DNA of 63,532 nucleotides, the filler included, from Octopus bimaculoides (taxonomy: Eukaryota), in assembly GCF_001194135.2 (NCBI RefSeq). It is 4 parts of 4 records of this genome, joined end to end, with 100 filler letters (N's around TTAATTAATTAA, not from the genome) between each part and the next. Parts side by side here need not be neighbours in the genome. Positions count along the whole stretch, not along the records: positions 36,502 to 49,768 come from NC_068986.1; 3 more parts are not named here. One strand, 5' to 3'. A program made the position numbers and the translations under genes. Shown one piece after another: positions 36,446 through 48,170 of the stretch (its first letter is position 1; each line of letters starts with the position of its first letter). The notes under the pieces were generated by a model. The model was not told the DNA's origin and ran no database searches. It worked only from the letters and a program-made list of their open reading frames with translations.

Positions 36446-36457
36446 TTAATTAATTAA
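36446..36457. other. Assembly linker TTAATTAATTAA
   Basis: N44-12-N44 design. Confidence 0.95.
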
Positions 36458-36501
36458 NNNNNNNNNNNNNNNNNNNNNNNNNNNNNNNNNNNNNNNNNNN
36501 N

Positions 36502-36612
36502 CTAGGTATTTTCGCTCAATAAACACTCACAACGCCCGGTTTGGGAATTTCGAAGCCGCGATCCTATGACCGCGAGTCCACTGCCCTAACCACAGGGCCA
36601 TTGCGTCTCCAC
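36502..36612 (-). mobile_element. SINE family B head
   Basis: Reverse complement of 23089-23200. Confidence 0.9.
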
Positions 36613-36785
36613 ACTCAAAATATAAACACTAATAAACCATACAGTAAATTTTTATTTTTCAAAATGAAACAAAAGTAACATTAAGATGGTAAATGATGTT
36701 TATTTTTGTCTCATTCCACTTTATTTATATTTGAAGTTTTCCCTTACCTTTTTGAATTGCACAGTCTTTGATCAGATCCTTACTA

Positions 36786-37545
36786 TGTGGTGTATGTGTA
36801 TGTGGGTGCGTGTGTAGCGCGTGTGGTGTGTCTTTGTGTGCGTGTGTAGTACGTGGTGTGTATTTGTGTGCGTGAGTGGTGTGTGTGTATGTGTGTACGT
36901 AGATGCGTGTGTGGTGTGTACTTGTGTGCATGTGTGGTATGTGTGTATGCGTGCGTATGTGTGTGGTGTGTGTGTATGTGTGTGCGTACATATGTGTGTG
37001 TGTGGGGCGTGTCTGTGTGTGTGCGTACGTGTGTGTGCGCACGTGTGTGTGTGGTGTATATATGTGTGTGCGTGTGTGTGTAGTGTGTGTTTGTGTATGT
37101 GGATGCGTGTGCGGTGTGTATTTGTGTGCGTGTGTGATGTGTGTGTATGCGTGCATATGTGTGTGTATGTGTATGCGAGCGTATGTGACTGTGGTGTGTG
37201 AGTGTGAGGCGTGTGTAAGTGTGTGTGGAGTGTATTTGTGTATGCGTGGTGTACGTGGGTTGCGCGTTTGTGTGGTGTGTATGTGCGTGGTGCGTATGTG
37301 TGTGTGTGTGTGGTGTATGTGCGTGTGTTTGGTGTGTGTGTACTTGTGTGTGTGGTGTGTGCGTGTACTTGTGTGTGTGGTGTGTGTATGTGTATGTGCG
37401 TGTGTGTGGTGTCTGTGCGTGCGTGCGTGTGATGTGTATTTGTGTGTGTATGTGCGAGTGCGTGCGTGTGTGTGTGTGGTGTGTATTTGTGTGTGTATGT
37501 GGTGTGTGTGTGTATGTGTATTTGTGCGTGTGTGTGGTGTGTGCG
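36786..37545. repeat. Degenerate (TG)n cryptic-simplicity tract
   Basis: About 760 bp of interrupted TG/TA/CG dinucleotides. Confidence 0.92.
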
Positions 37546-37602
37546 GTTATTTTATCATTGATTTTTCTTTCAAAATGAAGTCTTTATCACTTTATATCTG
37601 TC

Positions 37603-38232
37603 ATGAATTGTCCTGTTTATCTGTTGTCCTATATAATCAGTTGTCCTAGATATCAATTGTCCAGTTATGAGTTGTCCTATATAATCAGTTGTCCTAGATA
37701 TCAATTGTCCCGGTATGAGTTGTCCTATATAATCAGTTGTCCAAGATATCAATTGTCCGGGTATGAGTTGTTCTATATAATGAGTTGTCCTATATAATGA
37801 GTTGTCCTATATAATCAGTTGTCCTAGATATCAATTGCCCAGGTATGAGTTGTTCTATATAATCAGTTGTCCTAGATATCAATTGTCCAGGTATGAGTTG
37901 TTCTATATAATCAGTTGTCCTAGATATCAATTGCCCAGGTATGAGTTGTTCTATATAATCAGTTGTCCTAGATATCAATTGCCCAGGTATGAGTTGTTCT
38001 ATATAATCAGTTGTCCTAGATATCAATTGTCCAGGTATGAGTTGTTCTATATAATCAGTNNNNNNNNNNNNNNNNNNNNNNNNNCCTATATAATCAGTTG
38101 TCCTAGATATCAATTGCCCAGGTATGAGTTGTTCTATATAATCAGTTGTCCTAGATATCAATTGTCCAGGTATGAGTTGTTCTATATAATGAGTTGTTCG
38201 GGAATGAGTTGTCCTGTTATCGGTTGCCCTGG
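37603..38232. repeat. 48-bp minisatellite made of three ~16-bp subunits
   Basis: Unit ctatataatcagttgtcctagatatcaattgyccaggtatgagttgtt, about 11-12 copies, each subunit with AT(C/G)A(G/A)TTG(T/C); one 25-N gap. Confidence 0.95.
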
Positions 38233-38626
38233 CACGTACTACAACTACTAAGTAGTACAAACACCATTGTACTCGTTACTCTTTACTTCACTCAGAACAG
38301 ATTCCACAAGGCGCACCTGTGGGCTACTGTAGTGGTGGTGGTGGTGGTGGTGGTGGTGGTATGTGTGTGTGTGTGTGTGTGTCCAAAACCTCGTGAGTCT
38401 TACAAGGATCTGAGCTTGATTATGATTTCATGACGTTTATATCAATATAAATATCCTCTTGGTAAGGCCAATTGTCTCTGGAGTTTGTATGTGAGTGAGA
38501 GAGGCAGAAAAAGACAGACAGATAAGTAGCTAGCTAATTGGATGGATAGATAGATAGATAGAGAGGGGGGAGTGTGACAGAGAGAGAGAGAGAGAGCGAA
38601 GGCGCTAAACAATGAGTGTGTGTAAC

Positions 38627-38995
38627 AGATACATCAAGATCGTGTTGTCCTTTAATATGTTCAATCTCCAGAGGATTCTTTGATTCTCCTGGCGAGATAG
38701 GTTTACACATACGTGGAACGTACACGATGCAGACATAAAATCGAGATGGTCTGGACATGTGCAAACCTGACTTGTATCTTCTCCATAAATCCTCTGTGGC
38801 GAGTTGCCGCTAAGCTGGGCGAACCAACGAAGCGGTTTGAAGGCAAGCTTAAGACCGCTTTGAAGGAGAGTAACATCGACCCTTCGCAACCCGCTGCTCA
38901 ATTTGGTGGTCTTGCTGTCGAAGGGGGATGAAATATTTGGAAGAGAAACGCTCGCAGAACAACCAGATGTCAAAGTCACACCAGAAACCTCGAAA
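38627..38995 (+). mobile_element. RTE-clade (BovB-like) LINE 3' fragment, a different subfamily from 29050
   Basis: RYIK...NLQRIL*FSWRDR...SRWSGHV, then GEPTKRFEGKLKTALKESNIDP, matching the RTE C-terminal pattern. Confidence 0.8.
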
Positions 38996-39829
38996 CCATA
39001 CATTCATATTTATTCTCTGCAACCGAATCAAGAATTGAAATATGCAGTCATCAAATGACCCACATATGAATGTCAATATGGTTATCAATGGATTCGATGA
39101 AGAAACATAAGCACGCAAGACCATCTATGTGTATATGCGTGTACTGATGTGCTAGTACACTAATGTGTGTGTGTGCATTAAATTTTGTAAGAATATATGT
39201 GTAACACTTACGTGTGTGTGTGTGTGTGTATGTGTGTGTGCATAATGTATGGTTGTATATTTTCATGTGATACATTAAATTTTACAAGTATGTATGTATA
39301 TGTCCGTGTGTGTGTGTGTGCACCAGTGTGCAAAATGCGTGGACTCGCATTATTTTCTTAATTCTCTGAAAAGATGGTAACTTACAGGAAGTTTTGTGAT
39401 GATCCAACGCTGGGGAGGAGGGGTTCCGAACCGCACTACAACCATTGTTGTAGATATACATCTGTATCGCGAACAGACCTTTTTATAGCCATATATGTCG
39501 CGCATGCTCACTTCCCCTCTCCCACATAAGTTTTTCTGTGTCAGTCGTAGTCATGTATGCGTTTTAGTGACACACACTAACTGCTTATCAAAGTGGTCGG
39601 CTACAGTCGTGGCCGTACTATTTACATTATCTAATCTCTCTCTTTGTCTCTCCCACCCTTTCTCTTTCTTTCTCCCTAAATATCAGTAAAGATGTGCGAT
39701 TTGAGCGAGATTTGGATGCTTCTCAGGTCTGACAGCAGTTATATGAAGATCAGCAGAAGATATTAAACGCTGAAATTTGATACGAGGAAACCAGAAGACT
39801 TTGTCTTCGGGAAACTAAACAACAGCAGC

Positions 39830-40343
39830 AATAATAACTGCCCCTTGATTAGACACAAAGCCAGCAATTTTGAAGGAAAAGATATTAGTGGATATGATCA
39901 ACTCCAGTACTGAAGTACTTTAGTTTATTCCCACGAGAAATATGAACGGTACAGTTGACGTAGGCGGGATTTCAACTCATTACGTAAAGTGCCAAAAGAA
40001 ATACCGTAAGGCCTTTTGACCAATGGTTTCTCGTATAATACAAGGACATAAATTTCGAGGAAGGCGTAAATCGATTACGTCGACCCCAGAACTTAGAAAC
40101 CCGCCGAGGGTAACTTTGGCCCTTTTCATTCTTTCAGAATCGATAATTTAAAGTACCAGTCGATGCAGTCTATTAACTCCACCTCCCTTCAAAACTGCTA
40201 GCCTTGTGATTAAATTAGAAACCGATAATAATAGTAATAATGGCTTCAAATTTTGGAACAAGCGAGCAAATTCGGAAGAAGGGGTACGTCGATTACATCG
40301 ACCCCAGTACTAAACAGGTACTTATCTTATTTTACCAAGCCCG

Positions 40344-40400
<57 letters not shown>

Positions 40401-40586
40401 GCGAGCTGGTAGAACTGTTAGCATATCGGGCAAAATGCTTAGCGGCATTTCGTCCGTCTTTACATCCCGAGTTCAAATACCGCTGAGGTCGACTTTGCCT
40501 TTCAACTTTTCGGTTGAGCACTGGGGTCAATGTAATCGACCTAACCCCTGCCTTGAATTTGTTGGCCTTGTGCCAAAATTTGAAAC

Positions 40587-40590
<4 letters not shown>
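39830..40590. mobile_element. Cluster of about five SINE family C pieces in mixed orientation
   Basis: Minus 39830-40000, minus 40020-40090, plus 40090-40235, minus 40235-40345, plus full copy 40398-40590; joined by (AAT)/(ATT) runs. Confidence 0.8.
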
Positions 40591-40650
<60 letters not shown>

Positions 40651-40999
40651 GTTATTATTATTGTTATTATTATTATTATTATTATTATTGATGATGATGA
40701 TGATGGTAACAGCAACAACAATAACTAATGCACCAGTTAATTAACCCAATTTAATTAGAAACACGCGATGTTTTTATTACCAAGCAACCGTACCAAGCAA
40801 CAAATAATACCACATGATTGTTTATCGATAACTGTGGTGTCACTGATAGACCTAACCAACAGTAGTCCAACTAACGAAGGAACTTCCACGTGGTTTTTTG
40901 CTCTATCTACTGGAAACCGGAGGCAGCTTAATTCCTACCCTTAAATCACAGCCTGCAGTCTTGAAAATGTATTGGTATCAATTTAATGTTCTTATGAAA

Positions 41000-41260
41000 T
41001 GTTATATGGACTGCTAGAGATGTAGTTCGTCTGAAGTCCCGTGTCAATGTGGTTCGTCTGAGTTCATTGTTTCATTGTTGTTGTCTTGTGTGACTGTCGT
41101 AGTAAAATGTCATTGATATATATGGCGGACATGATTCTTGTTTATTCATAACGAACATTGGGTGAGTGCGTTCTTTGTATGTAATTGAATAATAAATGTA
41201 ATAATTAAATTGTACAACTCGTTGTGTTATCTCTGCGAGTCTTCCGAGGGAAATACAACA
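41000..41260 (+). mobile_element. Solo LTR (BEL/Pao-, Copia- or Gypsy-type; unresolved)
   Basis: TGTT...AACA termini; perfect 5-bp TSD TGAAA (40995-99 and 41261-65); AT-rich signal-like tract at ~41189-41210. Confidence 0.85.
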
Positions 41261-41585
41261 TGAAACATCTTAGATAGAAATACAATTAGAAAGAACTAGG
41301 CCTTAAAAAAAGGTGGGAGAACAGGACACATGGGAGTGTGTAGTTCCTTATATACAAAATTAATATATCGTCTTGATTGCTTTATCAGAGGTGATCAGGA
41401 GTNNNNNNNNNNNNNNNNNNNNNNNNNNNNNNNNNNNNNNNNNNNNNNNNNNNNNNNNNNNNNNNNNNNNNNNNNNNNNNNNNNNNNNNNNNNNNNNNNN
41501 NNNNNNNNNNNNNNNNNNNNNNNNNNNNNNNNNNNNNNNNNNNNNNNNNNNNNNNNNNNNNNNNNNNNNNNNNNNNNNNNNNNNN

Positions 41586-41800
41586 GTCTATGTGTGAGTG
41601 TATTTGTGCGCCACCATCACTTGACAACCAGTGTTAGTGTGTTTATGTCCCCGTAACTTAGCGTTCGGCAAAAGCGACCGACAAAATAAGTACCAGGCTT
41701 CAAAAAAAAAAAAAAGTACTAGAGTCGATTCGTTCGACTAAAATTCTTCAAGGTGGTGCCCCAGCATGACCGCAGTCTAATGACTGAAACAAGTAGGAGA
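41586..41800 (+). mobile_element. SINE family A, 3' half
   Basis: gcttgacaacc...gtccccgtaacttagc...cagcatgaccgcagtc.aatgactgaaacaagt. Confidence 0.85.
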
Positions 41801-42702
41801 ATGTTATATAGAATATATGCATGTTCTATACAATAATTATGCTACCATACATTGTTTACATGAAAGTATGGAATGTCAATGTCGTCACTTCCGGTTTCAA
41901 TAGAATTTTACTTTCATTTTCTTAAAATAATTTACTTTCACTTTTATACGACGATAAACTGCGTGTTAACCAGTGGGGTAGAGTTCTGACAGTGTCCATC
42001 AGTAAACTTTGATCTAAGTAGAGAGAAATTTGATCCAAATATTTAATATTACGCAAAACTTTCTTTTCAGTCATTTTTATTCGAGTTCCAATGATTAAAT
42101 ATTTACAAAGTGTGATTTATTGCTGTAGCTAGGTCGGAAAGAAATCTCTCACATTCCGGTTGAAAGGTCCTGGGATCTTTCTGATTTATATAATATATAA
42201 TATACACACACATATGCATATATGTGTATATGTGTGTGTGTATATAATGTTTGGTAAGTGCCACGAACAAAACTCTCGGTCCTTGAGCTATCTTGTAACT
42301 TTTTAGCCGATTGAAATAGACACAGGCATGCATACGTGCGTGTGTAGTTAGAGGAGTAAAATGATTGACCACTAGGACAAACATAAAGTTACATTAATCA
42401 CCATCTCTCAACAACTCAAAAGATGCTATGTCCAATAACATTGGCGAGAGGGGATGGGGGACTTGTTTTGTGGGACAACGGCGAGGATGTTTCTTTTTGC
42501 CCTCACACATACACATAACCTGAATACCTTCTACGCAATCGTCTGACCTGCTAGAAATAGCAGTCAAGTCTCTCCGAAACCACATCATACTGTCTTAAAA
42601 AATAGAGGGACAAGGTGGTCACTGCTAAAAAGTCTTCACTCATTACTCTGCACGAGATGGGCCGAGACAGAGCTTGACGACATCATTATCCTCATCATCA
42701 TT

Positions 42703-42810
42703 TAGGTGTGTTCGCTCAATAAACACTCACAACGCCCGGTCTGGGAATCGAAACCGCGATCCTATGACCGCGAGTCCGCTGCCCTAACCACTGGGCCATT
42801 GCGCCTCCAC
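42703..42810 (-). mobile_element. SINE family B head, 3'-truncated
   Basis: Only a few mismatches to 23089-23200. Confidence 0.92.
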
Positions 42811-42966
42811 CACAAAGCATAAGAAGTAGGGAAAAAGAAGAAGAGGAAAACAGGAGAAGAAAAACTAATGAAAAAAATATAAGGTTACACCAGACTGCCT
42901 AACTACTACTCTTAGTTAATAAGGCTAACTTGACCCAGAAGATCTTTCTTCATAATAGAAAAAGAA

Positions 42967-43039
<73 letters not shown>
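42967..43039. repeat. (TG)n microsatellite
   Basis: Perfect run. Confidence 0.98.
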
Positions 43040-43064
<25 letters not shown>

Positions 43065-44868
43065 CTAAAGTGAGCTACAATATATATGGAATAAAATGAC
43101 GAATAAATAGAAAAAGAATTCCCCTATTTCTGCGGTTAAGCGAAAAAAAAAAAATCTTTATCCTAGAAAGGGAGCAGACGTGATTGAATAATGGACATAT
43201 ATGACGGTCTGAAAAGAACAGGTCTGAACACGGAGAACACACACAAACACACACACACAAACATGTAAATAGCATATATTTGCAAGCACCTGCACACATA
43301 CATATACACGCGCACGAGCGCACACACACGCACACACAGCTGTACGTCCAACATGCAATACTTAAAAAATAGATGAGTATGTGTGTGCATAAAATATATG
43401 CTTCGATATATGCGTGTGTATGTGTGTGTGTGTCAGTGTGCGTATATGTATGTGTGTATGCATGTGTGTATGTATGCACATACATACATACATGTACATA
43501 CATATATGCACATAAACATATAAAATGTATGTATATATATATATGTATGTATGTGTGTGTGTATGTATGCGTGCGTGTGTATGTATTTATGCATGTATGT
43601 GTGTGTGTATGTATGTATGTATGTATGTGTGTGTGTTTGTACGTATATATGGCATTTATTCTATCGGAGTCTTTTGCCGAACCGCTAAGTTCCGAGGACA
43701 TGTGTGTGTGTGTATATATATATATTATAGAAAGGGAGAGGGAGAGAGAGAGAGAGAGAGAGNNNNNNNNNNNNNNNNNNNNNNNNNNNNNNNNNNNNNN
43801 NNNNNNNNNNNNNNNNNNNNNNNNNNNNNNNNNNNNNNNNNNNNNNNNNNNNNNNNNNNNNNNNNNNNNNNNNNNNNNNNNNNNNNNNNNNNNNNNNNNN
43901 NNNNNNNNNNNNNNNNNNNNNNNNNNNNNNNNNNNNNNNNNNNNNNNNNNNNNNNNNNNNNNNNNNNNNNNNNNNNNNNNNNNNNNNNNNNNNNNNNNNN
44001 NNNNNNNNNNNNNNNNNNNNNNNNNNNNNNNNNNNNNNNNNNNNNNNNNNNNNNNNNNNNNNNNNNNNNNNNNNNNNNNACACACACACACACACACACA
44101 CACACAACCACAAAGGCGTTTAGCTATCAGGTATACAAATACAAATTGTACTAATAGTTAAAGAATTTGCCAAGTCCAAAGAGTGGACCAACAATGACCA
44201 ACCCTGGGAAATTCGAGCGCCATTTCTAGGAGGTAAAATGACTACGCAGAGGCCCACTTGTTAAAACGCGCTAATTAAGATGATAATTAATTACATCAGG
44301 TGGTCGAAACGATGCCATAAATAAAAGCATATAGCGTATATTCTTAAATATGCAGGTACATAGGGCAATTTTCGAGATGCCTTTCCAGGTAGACAGGTGT
44401 GTATTACTTAGTAGGGTTATAGACAGGTCGGTCATGTAATTAGTTCTTCACATGGGAACGCTTATACCTATGTGCACAAACATACTTGGAAATGGTATAA
44501 AAGCATTTGCACACACATATGCACACACACACATGAACATACACACATACACGCGCGCGCGCACGCACACGCATATATCGATAAGTGCAGCACACACAAA
44601 AGTGTTAGATTTTTAATGTGCTTAACATATTAACATACACACCCACCTATTTTATGTGTGTGTGGGGGGGATGTGCGTGTGTGTGTGTGTGGGGGGGGGA
44701 TGTGCGTGTGTGTGTGTGTGTGTATGTATACATACATATATGCACATAAACATATAAAATACATACACACTTTCTCATAATCTGCACTTGCACCAACACA
44801 CACACAAGCTGATATATACACATTCTTCACAATATGAGTATTTTAAAATTCTCAAAGCTTGTATTTGT

Positions 44869-44899
<31 letters not shown>

Positions 44900-44902
<3 letters not shown>

Positions 44903-44907
44903 TATCC

Positions 44908-44952
<45 letters not shown>

Positions 44953-44968
44953 CCCGTTTATCTACCCG

Positions 44969-45040
<72 letters not shown>

Positions 45041-45066
45041 CCCGTCTATCTATCCATCCATCCATC
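44900..45066. repeat. (CTAT)n microsatellite
   Basis: Direct reading. Confidence 0.95.
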
Positions 45067-45184
45067 CATATGGTTTACTTATCCGTTAAGGTAGGATCGA
45101 TATAAAAAAAAAGTATTCCATCTGGTGAGAGATAAACATTGTTTAATATACAAAATATATGGTTATGAGCTACTTATAGTTTTA

Positions 45185-45300
45185 TACATTGAAGATATAA
45201 GATATTGTTTAGGCAGGTTTTAAAACACGCCTAGTGTCTGAAGATTACTGGGAGGCACTAGGCGTGTTTAAAAACCTGCCTAAATAACATCTTCAATGTA
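45185..45300. other. Near-perfect fold-back: TA-flanked hairpin MITE or pre-miRNA-like
   Basis: 32-nt arms 45208-39/45253-84 (one mismatch, one G-U), 13-nt loop, and an outer 12-bp arm TACATTGAAGAT/ATCTTCAATGTA. Confidence 0.85.
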
Positions 45301-45426
45301 TGAAACTTTAATAGTTCATAAACATATTCTGTGCATATTAAACATTGTGTATGTGTATATACATATATNNNNNNNNNNNNNNNNNNNNNNNNNNNNNNNN
45401 NNNNNNNNNNNNNNNNNNNNNNNNNN

Positions 45427-45468
<42 letters not shown>

Positions 45469-46379
45469 TATGCATACACACGAATATGTACGTATGTGTA
45501 CACACTTACACACATGAACACATGCGTACACAGATACGTGTGTGTGTGTGTGTGTGTGTGTGCATGTGAGAGAGTTTGGTTCATGTAATCTTCATATAAT
45601 CCAGACAATAGTCGATCGACCCAGATCATGTTTAACCTGCATTTTGAAATGTGACAAGTATATATATACATATGCATAACAAAATGTATGTGCATTTGCA
45701 TGCCCATGCGCGCGCACACAGAGTTTAACTGTGAGTTTCTCTACGTTAGTATTCAGCACTCTTTTTTTCTCGTAGTTGTTCATACAAACATCTATACATT
45801 CATCCCACTTTCCTACTCTCTCTTTCTCTGTCTCTCCCTCTCTCCCCTCCCCCTCTTTCTCTATATATACACATACAAACATACATACACATAGTTGCAT
45901 GCACACACGCGCACACACACATACCCACCTAGGCGGTACCCCAGTATGGTCGCAAGCATTCAACTTTTTTCAGTTCAAGGGATTATAGCAGATAAAGTTA
46001 TGATCTATAGTTTTATCTGCTTCGAGTTCCACCGTTACATACGATTCATTTCATCTCTTGCTCAAAGTCTCAAAATTCTTATTATGTAGACAATATGTGC
46101 GTGCGCCTGCATGCAGGTTTGTATTTGTATTGTCGACAATATATAAATTTATAAATTATCGAAACAAAAAAACGTGTAATAATTCTTTATTGGAATTGGT
46201 TCTTGAAGTACATATAATGCTATAAATAATAGCATGTAAATATTGGGCTGAAATCCTCTTTTGGATAGAAAAGCCGAAGGCCGCCAATATTTACATAGCA
46301 TTATTCATTAGCTTATATGTACTTCGAGAACCAATTAAAAAAAAACAAAAAACAGATATGAATGTATTCACGTACCTAC

Positions 46380-46418
46380 GTATGTATGTATGTATGTATG
46401 TATGTATGTATGTATGTA

Positions 46419-46466
<48 letters not shown>

Positions 46467-46690
46467 TATACACACATACACACATGAATGTATGTATATA
46501 TGTATGTATTTATATATGTATGTATGTATGTATGTATGCATGCATGCATGTATGTGTATTTGTGGGTATATACACACATACACACATGTATGTATGTATG
46601 TATGTATGTATGTATGTATGTATGTATGTATGTATGTATGTATGTATGCATGCTTGTATGTATGTATGTATGCATATGCAGGTATGATAT
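46380..46690. repeat. Compound (TATG)n/(TG)n microsatellite with internal duplication
   Basis: The gggtatatacacacatacacacatg spacer occurs twice. Confidence 0.92.
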
Positions 46691-46929
46691 TTATAATACA
46701 CGTAAGCATACACACACACACATTCATGTATAGATGCATTCCGTTTTAAATAAAACTACACGGATAAAATGTCGTCCTTGACATATAAAATGGCAGTGTG
46801 GTCACAGTTGGAACGTCTTTGATGAGAGATCTCGATCAAGGTTGACTCGGGGCTAAACAACGACAACAACGAGCGTCGGTTTTGTTGTTATTTTCGATCT
46901 CAAATTCTCATTTGCTTCTAATCTTAATA

Positions 46930-47215
46930 ACGAAACCACAGACATAAGACGAAGATAATGTGCAAAGATTAAAAACGAAATAAGGCCAGAATGCTCCGTT
47001 GGGCGTGTAATGTTTGATGTGCATGGACCTAGGAGCAAGTAATGAACTATGAGAAAAAGAACTACGTAAAGGGGGATCAGCTGTAGGAGAGCAAAGAGAG
47101 AGAAGGATGCGCTGGTACGGACATGTGAGATCGTTATGAAGTATGACAGAAGTGTCCAAGAAAGAAGCGTTGAAGGGGACTCGTTCAGGCCATGCAAGGA
47201 AAAGGGTGGGAAACA
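46930..47215 (+). mobile_element. RTE-clade LINE 3' fragment
   Basis: ...ARMLRWACNV...RRMRWYGHV..., homologous to 29400-29680 but more decayed. Confidence 0.8.
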
Positions 47216-47277
47216 GATGTAAAACGATACTGATTATGATTTGTGTTTATATGTACATGCATACATACATACTAACA

Positions 47278-47389
<112 letters not shown>

Positions 47390-47646
47390 ATACAAATAAT
47401 ATGTCAGTATATGCATATATACGTACATGTATGTACATACCTACATCTACATGTATATATAGATGCATATCTGGGTACAGGACGTTACGTAAAAAACCGT
47501 AGACAAAATGAGAAACAGAACAGAAACAGAGCACAGAAAATACACACGCCACATAGAGAACATTTCCTTATATATATATATGCATATATATATGTATATC
47601 CATTTATGTATATACATTTATATACATATATGCACATACATGATAC

Positions 47647-47693
<47 letters not shown>

Positions 47694-48094
47694 NNNNNNN
47701 NNNATCCTCACACTCACACACATGCAGCTATAATATTAGCAACCGGATCTGCAAATCTCGGACAGAGCTGAATTCCTACAAGAAACGAAACAAAACAACA
47801 GACTCAGAGGAGAGTGTGCAGCTGTGTCCTGTTGAGCCCTCGTTTGTCGAAGCGACGAAAGAATCCAACACACACACACGAAAACACATAAACACACAAA
47901 TGTTCGAGTTACACAGGCATACAAATATGCACGCACAAACAAACAAACATGTCGGCAAGTAAGATGAAAATATGGGTGACAGAGGAGGGTTGATGTTGAT
48001 ATCGATGTTCGTGATGCTGATCAGGAAAATTATAACGATGGGTGATCATGGAATTGGGGCGTTATGATAACGGTGGTGGGGGGGATAGTGGCAG

Positions 48095-48170
48095 TGATGA
48101 TGATGACGATGATGATGATGACGATGATGATGATGATGGTGGTGGTGGTGGTGGTGGTGGTGGTGGTGGT
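48095..48170. repeat. (GAT)n(GGT)n microsatellite
   Basis: Direct reading. Confidence 0.95.

Noticed and set aside
37790-38260. Repetitive 150-aa ORFs on both strands (ISRTTDYIEQLIPGQL)n
   Set aside because: A consequence of a 48-bp (multiple of 3) tandem unit; no promoter, splice or homology evidence.
39380-39465. Minus-strand GTAAGT donor with a 75-nt open segment
   Set aside because: The acceptor lacks a pyrimidine tract and the peptide is unrecognised; expected by chance.
47822-47866. ctgttga...gtcgaagcgac-gaaa hammerhead-like string
   Set aside because: The core is mutated and separated from the hairpin by 10 nt; no stem III or cleavage triplet.
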